From Blasia pusilla (taxonomy: Eukaryota), in the NCBI GenBank assembly GCA_050084515.1, contig CM114271.1:32302001-32366000 (forward strand): DNA of 64,000 nucleotides, given 5' to 3'. Each line of letters begins with the position of its first letter. The stretch's first letter is position 1. Shown here piece by piece: positions 39,656-53,451 of the stretch. Both the position numbers and the translations under genes were made by a program. The notes beneath the pieces are model-generated. The model saw nothing but the letters and a program-made list of their open reading frames with translations, had not been told where the DNA came from and made no database searches.

Positions 39656-42600
39656 TATTGAAGATTGAGTTATAGTCAGACACCTGAACTGCTATATTTG
39701 GTACTCACATGAAGTAGGGAAGCTTAATCTTGGTTAGTTAGTTAGTTAAGCGCGATTATATTAACTAGGTTAGTTAATTACAACTAGTATAACTCGAGAC
39801 TATGGTTAAGATTAGGGTTAGGATTGCTTGTACATGCCCTATATAATTGAGAAGGGGACAAGCCTCCATTCATTCTCTCATTGCAAAATTTTGTTCTCCA
39901 TGATGGTGTGTGAGTGTGAGAGCCGTTTTCCACCAATAATGCTTCTTCTGCAATTTTCTATATGGTATCAGAGCGATAGGAGAACATGACTTGAAGTTCT
40001 TGGTGTTTGAGGAGAGAAGAGAGGCAAAAGAAGGCACAATTTTAGTTTGGGAGAAGGAAATTTTGTTAAGAGCTCAGTGGGTGCAGGTTTCAAGTGGAGC
40101 TTTGATGATGATAAAACTTTAGAGGCGTTTTTTAGGGCTTTCTCGGTCGATATATCCATCTAGGTCCGCATTGGTTAGAATAATATAAAATTTTGTTTTA
40201 TGCATCTTATAGAGCTCATTGAGAGCTTTCCAACGCATCCAAAATCGTTTGATTCTGACTTTTTGAGCTCCTACAGTAGCAATTTCACTTTAGGAAAGTG
40301 AAATTAGTGAAGAAAAGTTGTGTTGTTTGCTCTCTATATGCCAATTTCGACTAATTCTTTCATGCAGTTGATCAATTTTGGAAAATTTCAGGTCGATTTT
40401 TATGTAGGAGTGGTCTATGCTTCAATTGGAGCAATGGAGTGCCCGAAATTATGTTTTTTATGAGGGAAATCGTTCGTAATGGAGTATTCCTCAACAACAA
40501 TCACAGGCGAGAAGCTAGATAAGTAGAATTACAATGTTTGGAAGTTTCACATGAAACAATTTCTCGTGGGTCAAGAACTATGGGAGCTTATTATAGGTGA
40601 TGTGGCCAAGCCAGAAGGTGACTCAAGTGACTTGAATATTTTCGCTTGGAACAAACGCGCAAGGCAAGTAATCCACTACATTTCAATAACTATCAATTCG
40701 CCAATGATAGGTCATATTCAAGATGTTGATACTCCAAAGGAGATCTGGGATGCATTGGAAAAGCTGTTCCAAACATCTACAAAGGCCAGAAATATTTAAT
40801 TGAATCAAAAATTGAATAAAGCGAGGAAAGGATCGTAGAGCATCAATGATTATATTTGAGTATCATACATATTGTTGATCAATTGAATAGCATTTGAGTG
40901 ATAGTAGAAGATGAGGATCTAATTTTGTTCATTCTTCAAAGCCTTCCGAAGGCTTATAAGTCTTTGAGATCTCTATCTCTGTGAGAGTGAAGTATCCAAC
41001 CTTTCAAGAGTGAGTCCCATTGTTAATCAGTGAAGATATACGCCTAGTAGGCAACAGTAGCTCGTCTAGTCTATAAGAGAGTGCGCTATTTGCAAGTTAT
41101 GGATCAAACAGAGGCAGGGGTCGTGATAGAAGCTTCCGTGGTCGTGGTGGATATCAAACTTATGGAGGAAGAGACACTCAATATAATCTTACTCAATCAA
41201 CTACGAATTAATACGAAACATAATCACAAGGTAGTGATAGTGGAAACCGTTGGGATCAGGGTCAACAGGAGAGGATCCATGGATCTTGCAATTACTATGG
41301 GATAAAGGGTCACTATGCAAATTTTTGTTTCAAAAAGAATGCAGATATGAGAACATGAGCCTTACAACAACAAAACTATATTGAGCAACAACACCAAGGG
41401 GAGTACCAAGAACAACAAAATTCACAAACTAAGCATCTCTTGTTCATGGCTCATCATATGGGAGCAATGGTCAAGAAAAAATTTGACAGCAGTTTGGTAT
41501 ATTGACTCTGGTAAATTAAATCATATGACCTCACAAGCTAAATGGTTCAGTAGTATGGAGCCGATGAAAGATCCCACAATTGTGCATAGAGGAGATGGCA
41601 CTCAACATCATATCACGCATACCGGTAAAGTTCTAATAGCATCAAATGGTCTTTGTGCTCTTGGAAATGTTCTCTATGAACCTACGATTGCAAGAAACTT
41701 CATCTCTATAGGACAGATAGTAGAACAGGGTTATCAAGTGAAGTTTAACACAGATGGTTGTTTAATTGAAACAATGGATGATTATATTACGATAGCCAAA
41801 GGAACTAGATCTGGAAAAATATTCAAATTAGATGTTTTTATGCTAGAGATTAAAACACCAATGTATGATCAAACTGGCCAACAAGTCACAGATCAAAATG
41901 TGTGACATAAGAGAATTGGAGATATGAATCTTCAAAGATTAGAGAGTCTTTTATCATCTAATATAGTAATAGGACTTCCTAAATTAGCGAGCTCTGCTAC
42001 GATAGAGGTATGTCCTGCTTGCCAACTTGGAAAACAAGCTAGATTTCTTTTTCCAAAGCAAGGTAGAAGAGCATCCAAGATATTGGAGTTGATCCACAAT
42101 GATGTGTGGACATCATCACAACATAGCTTTAGTGGTTGCTAGTACTTTGTTTCATTTATTGATGACTTCTCTAGGTATATGTGGATATACTTTTTGAAAG
42201 CCAAGTCAGATGTATTCTTTGTGTTCCAAACATTCAGAGTTTTAGTAGAGAAGCAAACTAGATAACACATTCTACAATTATGTTGTGATAAAGGAGGAGA
42301 GTACCTTTCAACATAATTTGATGACTATTTACGTCAGAATGACATCCAACATCAAGTGACTTGCCGTTACACTCCACAACAAAATGGAGTGGATGAGAGG
42401 AAGAATCGACATATTGCTGAGGCGGCACGAGCTATGCTGAATGAGAAGAATATGCCTAAGATGTATTGGGCAGAGGCTGTAGCATGTGCACTCTTCTTAA
42501 TCAACCAAACTCCAACACTAGGAGTTCATGATAAGACTCCATTCGAAGTCTTGACAGGAAGTAAACTTGATTTTTCCTTCTTGAAAATATTTGGTTGTAT

Positions 42601-44994
42601 TTGTTATGCTCATGTTCCTTCTGAAAGACTTCAGAAATTAGACCTCAAATTTGAAAGATGTATATTCATTGGCTACGCTATGGAACAAAGGGATATAAGT
42701 GCTATATTTCATCCTCTAGGCAGCTTATTATTAGTCGGGATATTATCTTTGATGAGCTAAAGTCATTATATGCTCCATCTGAGCTATTCCATCTCTATAA
42801 TATGGAAGTTTTTTTCTTTATTTTACAAAGATTCTATGGATCAATGGAACTAGAAGAATTACCTGAAGGGGAGAATATGACTGTAAACCAACAGACATTG
42901 TCTTCAAATTTCTCAAGAACTAGTGCAGGATTAGGAGAGGTCTTAGATTCGTTAGTTAAATGTGTGAGTCCATAGATGGGACGAGTACGTATTCAGTTTG
43001 TTGATATTAGTCACAGCTTGAGTCATGTGTCAGAGGCATCTACCTCTGAACAACAACTTTGTAGATCAAGTAGAGTCACACATCTTGTTCATAGATTCAT
43101 AAATGAAGGTTTCCTTGTGACACATCATGCATATATGATGACTACGCTTCAAGGACATGAGTCGAGTTGTTTTGAAGAAGCTACAAGTAAAGTCGAATGG
43201 ATTGAAGCTATGGAGGAAGAGCTTGTTGCATTAAGATATCAACAGACCTGGGAGCTCATTGATATACCTTCCGGTAAGGAAGCTATTGGTTGCAAATAAG
43301 TTTACAAAATCAAGCGTAATCAAGATGGTACAATTAATAGATACAAAGCAATATTGGTGGCTAAGGGCTATGCACAACAATATGGCATTGACTCTGAGGA
43401 AAAATTTAGCCATGTTGCAAAGATGGCGACTATAAAAACAATGGTTACAGTTGCAATAAGTAAGAAGTGGAGATTGCATCACATGGACATCATGAATGCC
43501 TTTTTAAATGGAGATCTATATGAGAAGGTATATATGACTCAACAACTTGGATATGAGCATTTCGCATATGCAGGTTGAAGAAAGCTCTATATGGGCTCAA
43601 ACAAGCTCCTAGAGCTTGGTATGGCAAGATTACATACGTCTTACAACAGTTGGGTTTAAGGGTATGTAATTTTGACTCCTCGTTATATGTCTTGAAAGGA
43701 AAAGATCATACGATTATCATTGTGATGCATGTTGAAAACCTCTTGATTATTGGGAGTACTAAGGATATGGTACAACAAGTCAAGCTAAAATTACAAGCAG
43801 AATTTGATATGAAGGACTTGGGAGAACTCAAGTACTTCCTTGGTGTTGACTTTATCAAGGTTGGAGAGAGCATGTGGTTACTACAACAACAATATGCTCT
43901 TCATATGCTTTCAAAATATGGTATGACGGCTTGTAAGCCAATCTCTATACCGTTGGACTAGAGTGTAAAGCTAAGAGTGGATTAATGAGAGTTGCTTGTA
44001 GATTCTAATATGTACAGGCACATGGTTGGAAGTTTGATCTCGCACCAGGCCAAATTTGAGCTATGCAGTTGGCCTAGTGAGCCAATTTATGCAAGCGCCT
44101 TGAAATCCTCACCTTGATGCTATGAGGAAGATTATACGGTATGTGAAATTATTTGTTCAATTTGGGCTTCAATTTGAACATTCTCCGAGTTTACAATTAC
44201 AGGGATTCATAGATGCTGATTGGGCAAGAAGCATGTCCGATTGACACTCCACATCTAATTATTCATTTACTTTGGGAAGCGTAGTTATAAGTTGGGCTTC
44301 AAAGAAGCAACCTATACTTGCTTTATCTTCAATAGAGGCTCAGTGCAGAGGAGCAACCAATGCAGCATGTAAGGCGGTGTGGCTTCATCGATTACTTATT
44401 GAGATTGATATTAGTAATTTATGACCTAGTGTAATATATGCAGACAATATTAGTAGCATCAAGATTGCTAATAACCCTGTGTTTCATGCTCGTACAAAGC
44501 ATGTTGAGGTGCACTATCATTTTATCAGAGAGAAAGTGCTTGCAGGAGAAATTGATCGTGTGTGTACAAGTACAAATCAGCAAATTACTGACATCTTTAC
44601 AAAGGCATTGTCTAGAGATAAGTTTGAGATGTTTAGAAATAATTTAGGCGTTAGAGATATCGATATGAGCTTGAGGCAGAATATTGAAGATTGAGTTACA
44701 ATCAAGTTCATGAGATACCCGAACTACTACATTTGGTACTCACACGAAGTAGGGAAGCTTAATCTTGGTTAGTCAGTTAAGAGCGATTATCTTTAGTAGG
44801 ATTAGTTAATCGCAGTTAGTCTAACTCGAGACTATGATTAAGATTAGGGTTAGGGTTGCTTGTACATACCCTATATAATTGAGAAGGGGACCAGTCTCCG
44901 CTCATTCTCTCATTGCAAAAGTTCATTCTCCGTAGTGTTGTGTGAGTGTGAGAACCGTTTCCCACCAATTATGCTTCTTTAGCAGTTTTATACA
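39656..44994 (+). mobile_element. Full-length decayed Ty1/Copia retrotransposon. LTRs 39656-39962 and 44682-44994, PBS TGGTATCAGAGC 39963-39974
   Basis: 5-bp TSD CCTAC at 39651-39655 and 44995-44999. Gag (QELWE...), WYIDSG protease, integrase (CPACQLGKQ, YTPQQNGV.ERKNR), RT (ALYGLKQAPRAW, MKDLGELKYFLG) and RNaseH (DADW, RTKHVEVHYHF, DIFTKAL) occur in Copia order. Many stops. Confidence 0.96.
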
Positions 44995-45217
44995 CCTACC
45001 TCCGACTATCTTAAAACTACAAGCAACACATAGTACATGTGCTTACAAGGGAAATACCTTTAACCAGTTGTCTCTCTTTGGACAAAGTCATCACAGGAAC
45101 ATATGAGAAAACAACAAATGTGTACCACATACATCCTTATCACACTTGAATTCACAGTGTTGTTCATGATCCAATACATCCTTCCTATTAAATTGCCATT
45201 ATGAACGTCTTTTGTGG

Positions 45218-48200
45218 CTATGATTTCGCTAGATAAGACTTTCGAAAACCGCATGATTCATTTGGGTTGAAGAAGTACTTCAATTGATCCCCGATTCTGG
45301 TAAAATGATCAAAGGTTTTCAGCCCCCAAAAACGTGGCAATGGTCGTCCTGTCCTTGTACAGTTCTTATTCAAGAAAGTGCCACATGCGCTCCTAATGCC
45401 ATCCGATCGTGCATGGTGGTAAGTTCCAACAACAGAGGGATTTTGAAATAAAACATTCACTGATTTTGCAGAAGGTAGGTCAACTCAAATTTGGGAGTAG
45501 TTCGGTGTCTCCGAAAACCTAGGCGGGGTAATTTCATCATCCAAATCAATCATTGGATTCTTTCCTCAATGTTGACGCTTGACTTTCCTGAGGTCAATAT
45601 ACTTATCAGGTCTCCAAGAGTCTCGTTCAGACTCCTCTACAACCATCTGTATGGGACGTCTCGAAACATGCCCATGAATATCCCCACCAATGTGGACGTC
45701 TTTCTCAAGAGGAGTTCCAGCTACGCACCGATTGAACACTTCCACATACAATTTCTCATCCTCAGATCTAACAACGGCTCCACGATGAACTTTTTTCAAA
45801 AAAAGGTGCTACCCGTCAGATTCCGACGCATTGCAAGATGAACTTTTTTTGAAAAAAAGTAACTTGCAACCCGTCGGATTCTGACGGGTTGCAAGACAAT
45901 TTTTTAAAGAAAAAATGTCATCATGGAACTCGTCCGATTCTGACGGGTTGCATGATGATCTTTTTTCAGAAAAAGATTTGCAACCCGTCGCATTCCGACG
46001 AGTTGCTTGATGAACTTTTTTTAGAAAAAAGTTGCAACTCGTCGTATTCTGATGGGTTGCAAGATGAACTTTGTTTGCAAAAGAGACGCAACCTGTCGGT
46101 TCCGACGGGTTGCTTTACCTACCTAATTTGCAACCCGTACAATTTCGACGGGTTGCAACCTTACACTTGGACCACATACTTGGAAAAAAGGGAGAAAAAT
46201 CACCTCATGCATAAAGTTTTCCCATTGCCTCATACGGACGGTCCACCAACTTAGCCACGAACACAACTCTTTGTATTTCCCCTCAATCGCATGCTTTCTC
46301 CGCCACTCATGAAGCTCTTCTTGGCACTCCATGGCTTGTTTCAAGGTTTTTCTATCCTTGCAACGTTGAAGTAGAGCTATATGCTCTATTCTGTTAGTCT
46401 CCTCGATGCAGGATTCTGTGTAGCAAGTCACAGACTGTTGCCAATGGAAAGCATCCGATCTTTCCCTTTCTGGTTGAACTGCCCTCCCCTCAGGACACTT
46501 CCCTGATTCCAATCCATCCCAGTTGCGCATTGTCTGCCATGAAGCCATAAATTTTAGGAGGAAGTCTTTTGTTCTCCTTCACCACCTCCAGTAAGAGTAA
46601 CCAACACATCTTCAAGCTGCCAACATCTTCCGCTTTCACCTCACAGATAAAAATGGTTTTGAGACCCTTCTCCACATGGTTGTAAACGTGTGCACCCATG
46701 GTCAATCATCCATTTAACACCTTAAAGCCCAACTCCGAAATAGATCTTCTCCCTCCCTCATTCTATCAATAAGATCCACGCCGCTAGACGTGCCTGTAGT
46801 AGATATTTTGAAGACATAAGCTCTAGATCCATGGCCTCCTTGGCCCATGAACTACCATCTCTGTATGAATGGAAACCGTAAGTTGGCCTTGATCCTGGCA
46901 ATAGCATTTATCTCCAAGGTCTTTCCATCAAGTATTTGTATTTGACACAGTAAGTTCCTGAAGCTTTCAAGATCAACCAAGAATGCAAGATTTTCCCATA
47001 GTTGCTTCTCCTCAGCTGTCGTGATCTCCCCTTGGCTAGGGACATCTAGCACTTGTTCACAAATTTATGATGATGTTGTTAATTTGATCCTTCCTAGATT
47101 TGATCTTGGAGAGTTTTTGTACACTTTGGCCACTTTCTTTGCCACATCCTCCTTGACGTGTCTCTGAATAGCACCCGTGACAGGATGAGTGTGACACCCA
47201 ACATGAATTTCCAGCCTTGTGTACTCAGACGTAGAATTGTTGTTGTGCACTATAAAAAAAATATAAGTCGGAAATGCTCTAACTTAGAAAGGGGAGGCTT
47301 GACAATGCAGACATCGATGGCCACCCGACAATATGGTTGTACCCACGGCATAAGGAGTTTCTGCATTTTTGGGAGGGAATTGGGAAGTGTTCACGACTTC
47401 GTTCCTCTCAATGAAGGGGCATCCTAGACTTCTGCACTCTAAGGCTCCCACGCATTGGCGACGAGACACAATCCAAGGACCACCTGGGATTGAAGCGCTC
47501 ATCTGCTGCAGTCTACACCATTGGTGACAGTCCAATTTTTGGTCCATACCCTTCAAGCCGCCTCAATCTTTCTTCTGAGCTGGACCGATAAGTGGAGGCA
47601 TCTCAAAAGTGCAATTTCCATCATACGTTGCTGGCAGCTCATCCAAGATAATGTGCTTGAATAGTTTCAAGGGAAGAGAAGAAAGCAAAGAATTCCCTGA
47701 AACTCGAAGCAGGAATGAGTAAGCAGATGTTGGGTCAGACATGTTTCCAACAGATCCTGTGAGATCGACAACATCTGAGATGTCCACAGCTTCAACGGCG
47801 ACATTCTATGCTTGTGAAATTAGAGTCAATGGTGGATTGGCCAAAGCAACCATGCCAAACGTGGAGCATGGAGTAGTCGAAGATTTCAAACCGTCTTCAT
47901 GAGTCGCAGTGGTGATCAAAGGTAGGGCATAAACTCTGAATTGTCCATTGGAGCAAGGTAAGAGGTTCCACACTTTGGAGCCTCCAATCCCCGGTTGGAG
48001 TGTTTCACCAATGACATCATCCGATCCATCAACCTTACATCCTTGGATACAAAGATGGTTCCACTCTGGAGAAGAAATTGGAGTGAGAGGAAATATTCTT
48101 CAACAATTACATGAATGTCACGAGGTTGGGCTCGAATTACCTCCGTAAGAGGAAGGCCTACTAGATGACTACCACATGTGAGCTTCACATACTTGTCCAT
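45218..48200 (-). pseudogene. Mutator-like DDE transposase, fragmented, with a Cys/His-rich N-terminal DNA-binding region
   Basis: CVGALECRSLGCPF, CLHC, HVGCHTHP, TMGAHVY, GFMADNAQLGW (candidate catalytic Asp), DAFHW (CxxH-like), WLSWW. A palindrome-filled probable intron lies at ~45800-46203. Confidence 0.65.
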
Positions 48201-50268
48201 TTGGGTCAGACCAAGAATGATTGCCCAGATAGAGGAATAAGAATGAGAATAAGAATGAGAATGTTGAATTTATAGTGAATAGTGTCGTTTAAATTCTGAG
48301 AGAATATGTCTGACATGTAGTTGGTAGTTAGGTTGAACCATCGTTTGGTGATTGGACTTGCCACAAAGGAATATTCGGACATGCTGGATGTCAAAAAGGA
48401 TTCGCCAAACTTCCTTCAACCCGTGGGAGGCAGACGGGTGGGAATGTCGACTGAAGGGGAACTCCAACCCGTCGGAGTCCGACGGGTTGGAAACCCTCAA
48501 GAGGGATCTCGAAGAAATGAACCCTAAGCCCTAAACGCATGTCAACGACTTGAATTGAGTTTGGGTGGGAGGGTACAACCTGTCAGAGTCCAACGGACTG
48601 CAAAATGAACAGACTCAAAATGGCGGTCCCTTAGGCACTTTGTTAGGAAATAAGGCAACAAGTTTGGCAGCTAGGGTTCCGTGCAACTCGTTGGAGTCCA
48701 ACGAATTGCACGAATCAGGCTGAATGGTCGTTGTGCAAGCTGTCAAAGTCAGACGGGCTGCCCGGGATACAGGCTAGATGGAGCCCATGCAACCCGTCAT
48801 GGTCCGACTAGTTGCAGGAAGTGGGCATGATCAATGGTCCCCGTGCAACCCGTGGGAGTGTGACGGGTTGTACGAGACCCAAGCCGTATGGATCCCATGC
48901 AACCCGATGGGGCCCGACATATTGCAGGAATTGGGAAAGATGAATGGACCATGTGCAACCCGTCAGAGTCCGATGGGTTGCACGGAACCAAGGCTAGATG
49001 GACCCCGTGCAACCCATCCGAGTGTGACGGGTTGCATGAACTGGGCAGGATGGACCCCGTGCAACCCCGTCGGAGTCTGACGGGTTGCACATCGAGTCCC
49101 GAGCATATCGCCCAAGTGTTGGAGTTGCAACCCATCGGGCTCCGATAGAATGCACGCAAACTAGGCATAACACGCACCGTAACGGTCCACCCTTGTACAC
49201 CAACGGTCGAGTCCAACGGCTTCGATAGAATATTAGGACCAGTTTAGAGGCTTTTCACTTTTCCATTCTACACTTTTCCGGGCTGGTTTCAACTCCCCTA
49301 TTTACACAACTATGAAAACTTACTTTCCAGTTACTCAAACATCTCGACGGTTGGTTCTTGTCTCTTCATTTGGGGGCTACAACGGTTCAAGTTGAATCAA
49401 TTCTTTTGAGAGGAAACGACGATTCAGGTCAAAACCCCTCGCACAACGTTTGATTATCGACTAATTTAAGGATGACTAAAAAAAAGACCTAAGCCACCAA
49501 GGTCGGGAGCTTCTCTCCCAAGTTCGGTGGAACTCCGTCTTCCGCATCATTATGTAAATTCCTTCGTCATTAAGTGTTAGATAGAATTTCATTAGTTTTA
49601 AGTAAATTGGCCTAGGAAAAGGAAATTCTTATGTTTAAACCTCTTTATGGTGCCTCTTTTATGCGGGCCCAACTTTAGAAAAAGAGGTAATAAATAAAAG
49701 ATGACTTTATAAAAGTAAAATAGTTGCTTTAATGAAAAGCAAAAGTAGTCTTGGTTGGTGGCTAGGTTAGTTGGAGTAATTTGGAAAATATCAAGTGGGT
49801 AAAAGAGGATATTTTGGAAGAGATAAGAGGAAATCTACTTGCGTCAAAATGTGATTGGCTAAGCCTTGAGAGGAAGCCATGTGGCACAAGATAAGATAAG
49901 CTCTATTTCGTACTCTTGTGGATCCCTTGTGAGTATATAAAGAGGAGGGACCTTCAAGGGTTCATCACCTTCTATTCCACATCTTGAGTCTCTCGTTTCT
50001 CTCTTAAGTGTATGGCTTTGGGATTGCTTGCTCTTCCAATGAGAGTGGATCACCCCTCTTGGGAGAGTAACTTGACCATGGTCTATTCTTGGAGAGGTTT
50101 CTAGAGTGTGGTGTGTGTGTGTGGGGATGAGAGGTTTGTCACAGTAGAGGAGTTTAGTCATACTAAAATAGCGGATGTTTTGGCTTGTTACTTTCCAAAT
50201 GAGAGTGGATTACCCCTCTTGGGAGAATAACTCCGCCAAAACCCATTCTTGAGGAGAGTAGAGAATGT

Positions 50269-50832
50269 GTGTCAAGCATGGATAGGGGTGGAGCACGAGC
50301 TGTGCCCAACTTTCCTTTCCTCAATCCTTACCATGTCAAGGTAATCTTTGTAGATAGGCACTGGTTCACTCGCTATTTAGTTTATGACTTTGGGGAGGCG
50401 TTCATGAACCAGGTCATGCAATCTCCAACTCCGGTGATTCTTCCTATCGTCACATATGGAAGGACATGGGATTGTACTTTGTATGTCCTTATATAGCGAT
50501 CCATGGATGTCAATAGGCCTGCTCAAGTAGGGTTTAACACTAGTTGTGTTATCTTCCTCGTGTACAAGCGTAAAATAGTTTATAGGGATTTTATAGTTAG
50601 GAATTTTGGGGTCCGATGTTACAAAGAAGTGATCGCCTCGGCACTTCCATTTGTGATACTTGTCGTGAGAGAATGGAGAGTGTACATCATAATTTGTATT
50701 AAAAAAGGAGAACTTATTAGAGAGTTCACCTTGCATCGACCGTATCTACCGCAGCTAGAAGGCCCGCCCTTGCTCGAAGAAAGACTCTCGGCACGACACC
50801 GTTGCCTTCCGACAGGTTGCAACTATCGTTAA
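50269..50832 (+). pseudogene. Cargo ORF of the MULE-like element with one in-frame stop; weak B3-domain-like pattern
   Basis: ORFs 50269-50496 and 50503-50832 are in the same frame. The HVKVIF...LV...GRTW...F...DFIV pattern is only suggestive. Confidence 0.3.
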
Positions 50833-51499
50833 CAATTCCTTGATTTTACACAAGTTAACCAACATGTCGAAGTCTGACGAGTTGAAACCGGTTCATTTTC
50901 AGGAAAAAAAGTTTCAGGATACTTACTTGTTTATGGCTCTGACCTTCCATAAAGAAAATTCAACTTGTCGGACTCTGATGGGTTGCAAACCACTCAAACT
51001 AGGCCCTTTCCTACCTCATATGCAACCCGTCAGACTCCAACGGGTTGCAATCCACTCAAACAAGGGCCTTTCCTACCGCATATGCAACCCTTCGGACTTC
51101 GACGGGTTGCAGGGCCAATCATACTTGGCTGTCAATGCTACAATTTGTGCAGCCCGTCGGACTCCGACAGGTTGCAAGAGAAAAAAACTTGCGTCAGATC
51201 CTGAACCCGGATGCAAACATAATACCCAGTGTGGGTGGCTTTGCAACCCGTAATTTTTGATGGATTGAATTTTTAATTTACTGGACTCAAGGTGCAACCC
51301 GTCAGACTCGGACAAGTTGCAACCCAACCGGATGGTCCCAGATGCAAACCATCGGTTGCCAATGGATTGCACCAGAAAGCTCTTAGAGCAACCCATCAAA
51401 CTCGATGGGTTGCCAATAACTATCATTTTGTTCGTCTACTTCCAACCCGTCGAAAATCGACGGGTTGCTAGCTGTAAATATTCTTACTTCTCATTTATG

Positions 51500-53451
51500 G
51501 TTGCAATATTGTGTGAGAAGGGAATGTTACCCATCACTGGATCTTGGAATGCGACCGCGTGAGGAAGGTTCTTACAACGCACCCGTCGCAATACAAAGGA
51601 TTCCTAGGAGAGGAGTTGGTGGATGAGATGCTTGCAAAAGGAGCACAAATCAAAAAGAAGACTTGGGCCAACACATTCATGTCCCAAGATGCAGCCGTTA
51701 TAATACTTTTCTGGTAAAAAATCCAAGCGGCGAAAAGAAGCGCGACACTGGAGCTAGAGCGGAGAAGGAATGCTTTGGCTTCTGAGAGAGCCAATTTCAT
51801 TCAAGCTGCGGTGTTGACGGCGACTAGGTACCTTGCAAGCAAGATGCAACGGTACATCGCCGTCCTCAAGCTCAAGCTCAGCCCGACTTCTACAAAGAGT
51901 TGAAGGTTATAATCAAGTAGTAGTGAAAGAGGGATAAGGATCCCCACGCAAGGAATGTAGAGAAGGTCTCTTTGGATGGAGTTCACCGCTTTGCCCTCTC
52001 AAGGGGTTTTGGAATTCAGGCGGATCCGACTGATGAAGATCTGTCTAGAAGGAATGGAGGCAGAGAAAAAATTGACACACCATCCCCTGGGGGTGTCGAA
52101 CCCAATCATCTCCCAGTAGCTGCGAGAGAGATCCTTCCGGGATACCTTGCGCTTGTTGGGAAAGTTAATGATTGAATGCCTTCAAGCCAACCTGCAGAGA
52201 ATTTAGCCAGTTCTGGAGGAGGATAGCCTCAAATTGACGGAGGAGTTCGAATTCTGGTTGAATGACATCCGAGATAAGCCAACAAAGAACCCTGGGTTCA
52301 AGACGATGTTCAAGAGCCACATTCTACCGTAGGGGGATGTCGACGATGAGATTGGAGACCCAAAGAAATGGGACTTTGCAAAAAAGAAGAAGGAGCTTCA
52401 AGATCAAGTTGCCGATTCATCCCGCCATTGACTTGCGGCGCTCAAGCTATGGGGAGATACTCTGGATGGCAAAGGATGCTCCATGTACAATGTGAAGATG
52501 GCCCTCAAAATGAGCCCGTGGGAAGTGCTCAACGTTAACTATCCAATCTAGTTGGACTTCAACAACCTCGATGAGCTGACTAATCCAGCAATGCGAGACT
52601 TGTATAATGCGCTAGCTGTTGGCAAGGAGGACATCCCAGAATTTTTCAAGACAGACGAATACTTCGAAGGGGATGCTGAGGCACAAGCGACTAAGGCGGC
52701 AAAGGTTTTGTCAAAAATAGTAACGGCAAAAGAAAATTCCACTGCGGGGTTGAAATCCAAGGTGAAGGCCTCAAAACCATCCAAAGGATGATCATCAAGA
52801 TAAGAAGGACGGCTAAGGGAGGCCCCCAAACCTAACTAATCCTATGGATTCCGCGGTCACGAAGACCCCAACAAGCAGACACCCCACTTGCGAGAAGCAA
52901 AAGAGGGAGACACCCGGTTCCTTCGAGGGGAGGGGGCCGGACAAGAATGTTGTCTATACTCCCTCATCATTGGGGAAGCACAAGGATGGAGCATCAAAAA
53001 TCACCATCCTGCTGCATCAAACATCTTTGCTAGAAGAATTGGAGAAGTTCTCAACACAAGAGTCCACGCTTGCCTTAGAGAAGCTGACACTGTTGGGACG
53101 TAAGCTTCTGTGAAACGGCCATGCCCCATGGACCGTCAATGGGGTACCTGAGGAGGTTGCAGTTCACCTCCTTATCGCAAATCTACCATCGGGGCTCAGA
53201 TTGTGGGCAAAGAATCCATGCAACACAGTCCGGACTGGAACATTCCATTCACATATGACCAGATCGCGTTGATGTTCTCCTTTGCCAACGCGTATCCGAG
53301 GGACACGAGGTGTTTTGTGGTTCTCATCGGAGGAAGCGAGGATGAGCTCTTCAACTTGCAATGCGTGAAGCGGTCGTTGAAGTGGAAAACAATGCACTCT
53401 TGGGTAGTGAAGAACAATGACCCGCTAAGGTTGGCTACAAACCAAGTCTTG
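51500..53451 (+). pseudogene. Second gene of MULE copy A (long exon), homolog of 61521-63569, ending in the N-terminal half of an amino-methyltransferase-like domain
   Basis: Colinear protein similarity with copy B (GNVTHHWI.., LDFN.., YTPSSLG.H, VHLLIANLPSG, PDWNIP..YDQIAL.FSFA). Splice donor GTAAGT at 53452. I could not find the motif-I exon downstream. Confidence 0.65.

Noticed and set aside
44843-44857. TTAGGG telomere-like repeats (also ~24944, ~25619, ~39812 and ~15088)
   Set aside because: Only one or two units each, mostly part of the Copia LTR. At best telo-box-like; not an interstitial telomere.
48780-49150. CRISPR-like array: ~30-bp palindromic repeats separated by ~25-bp spacers
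   Set aside because: The spacers are related to each other (…ATGGACCCCG variants), the repeats are degenerate and scattered in introns, no cas genes are present, and the context is eukaryotic.
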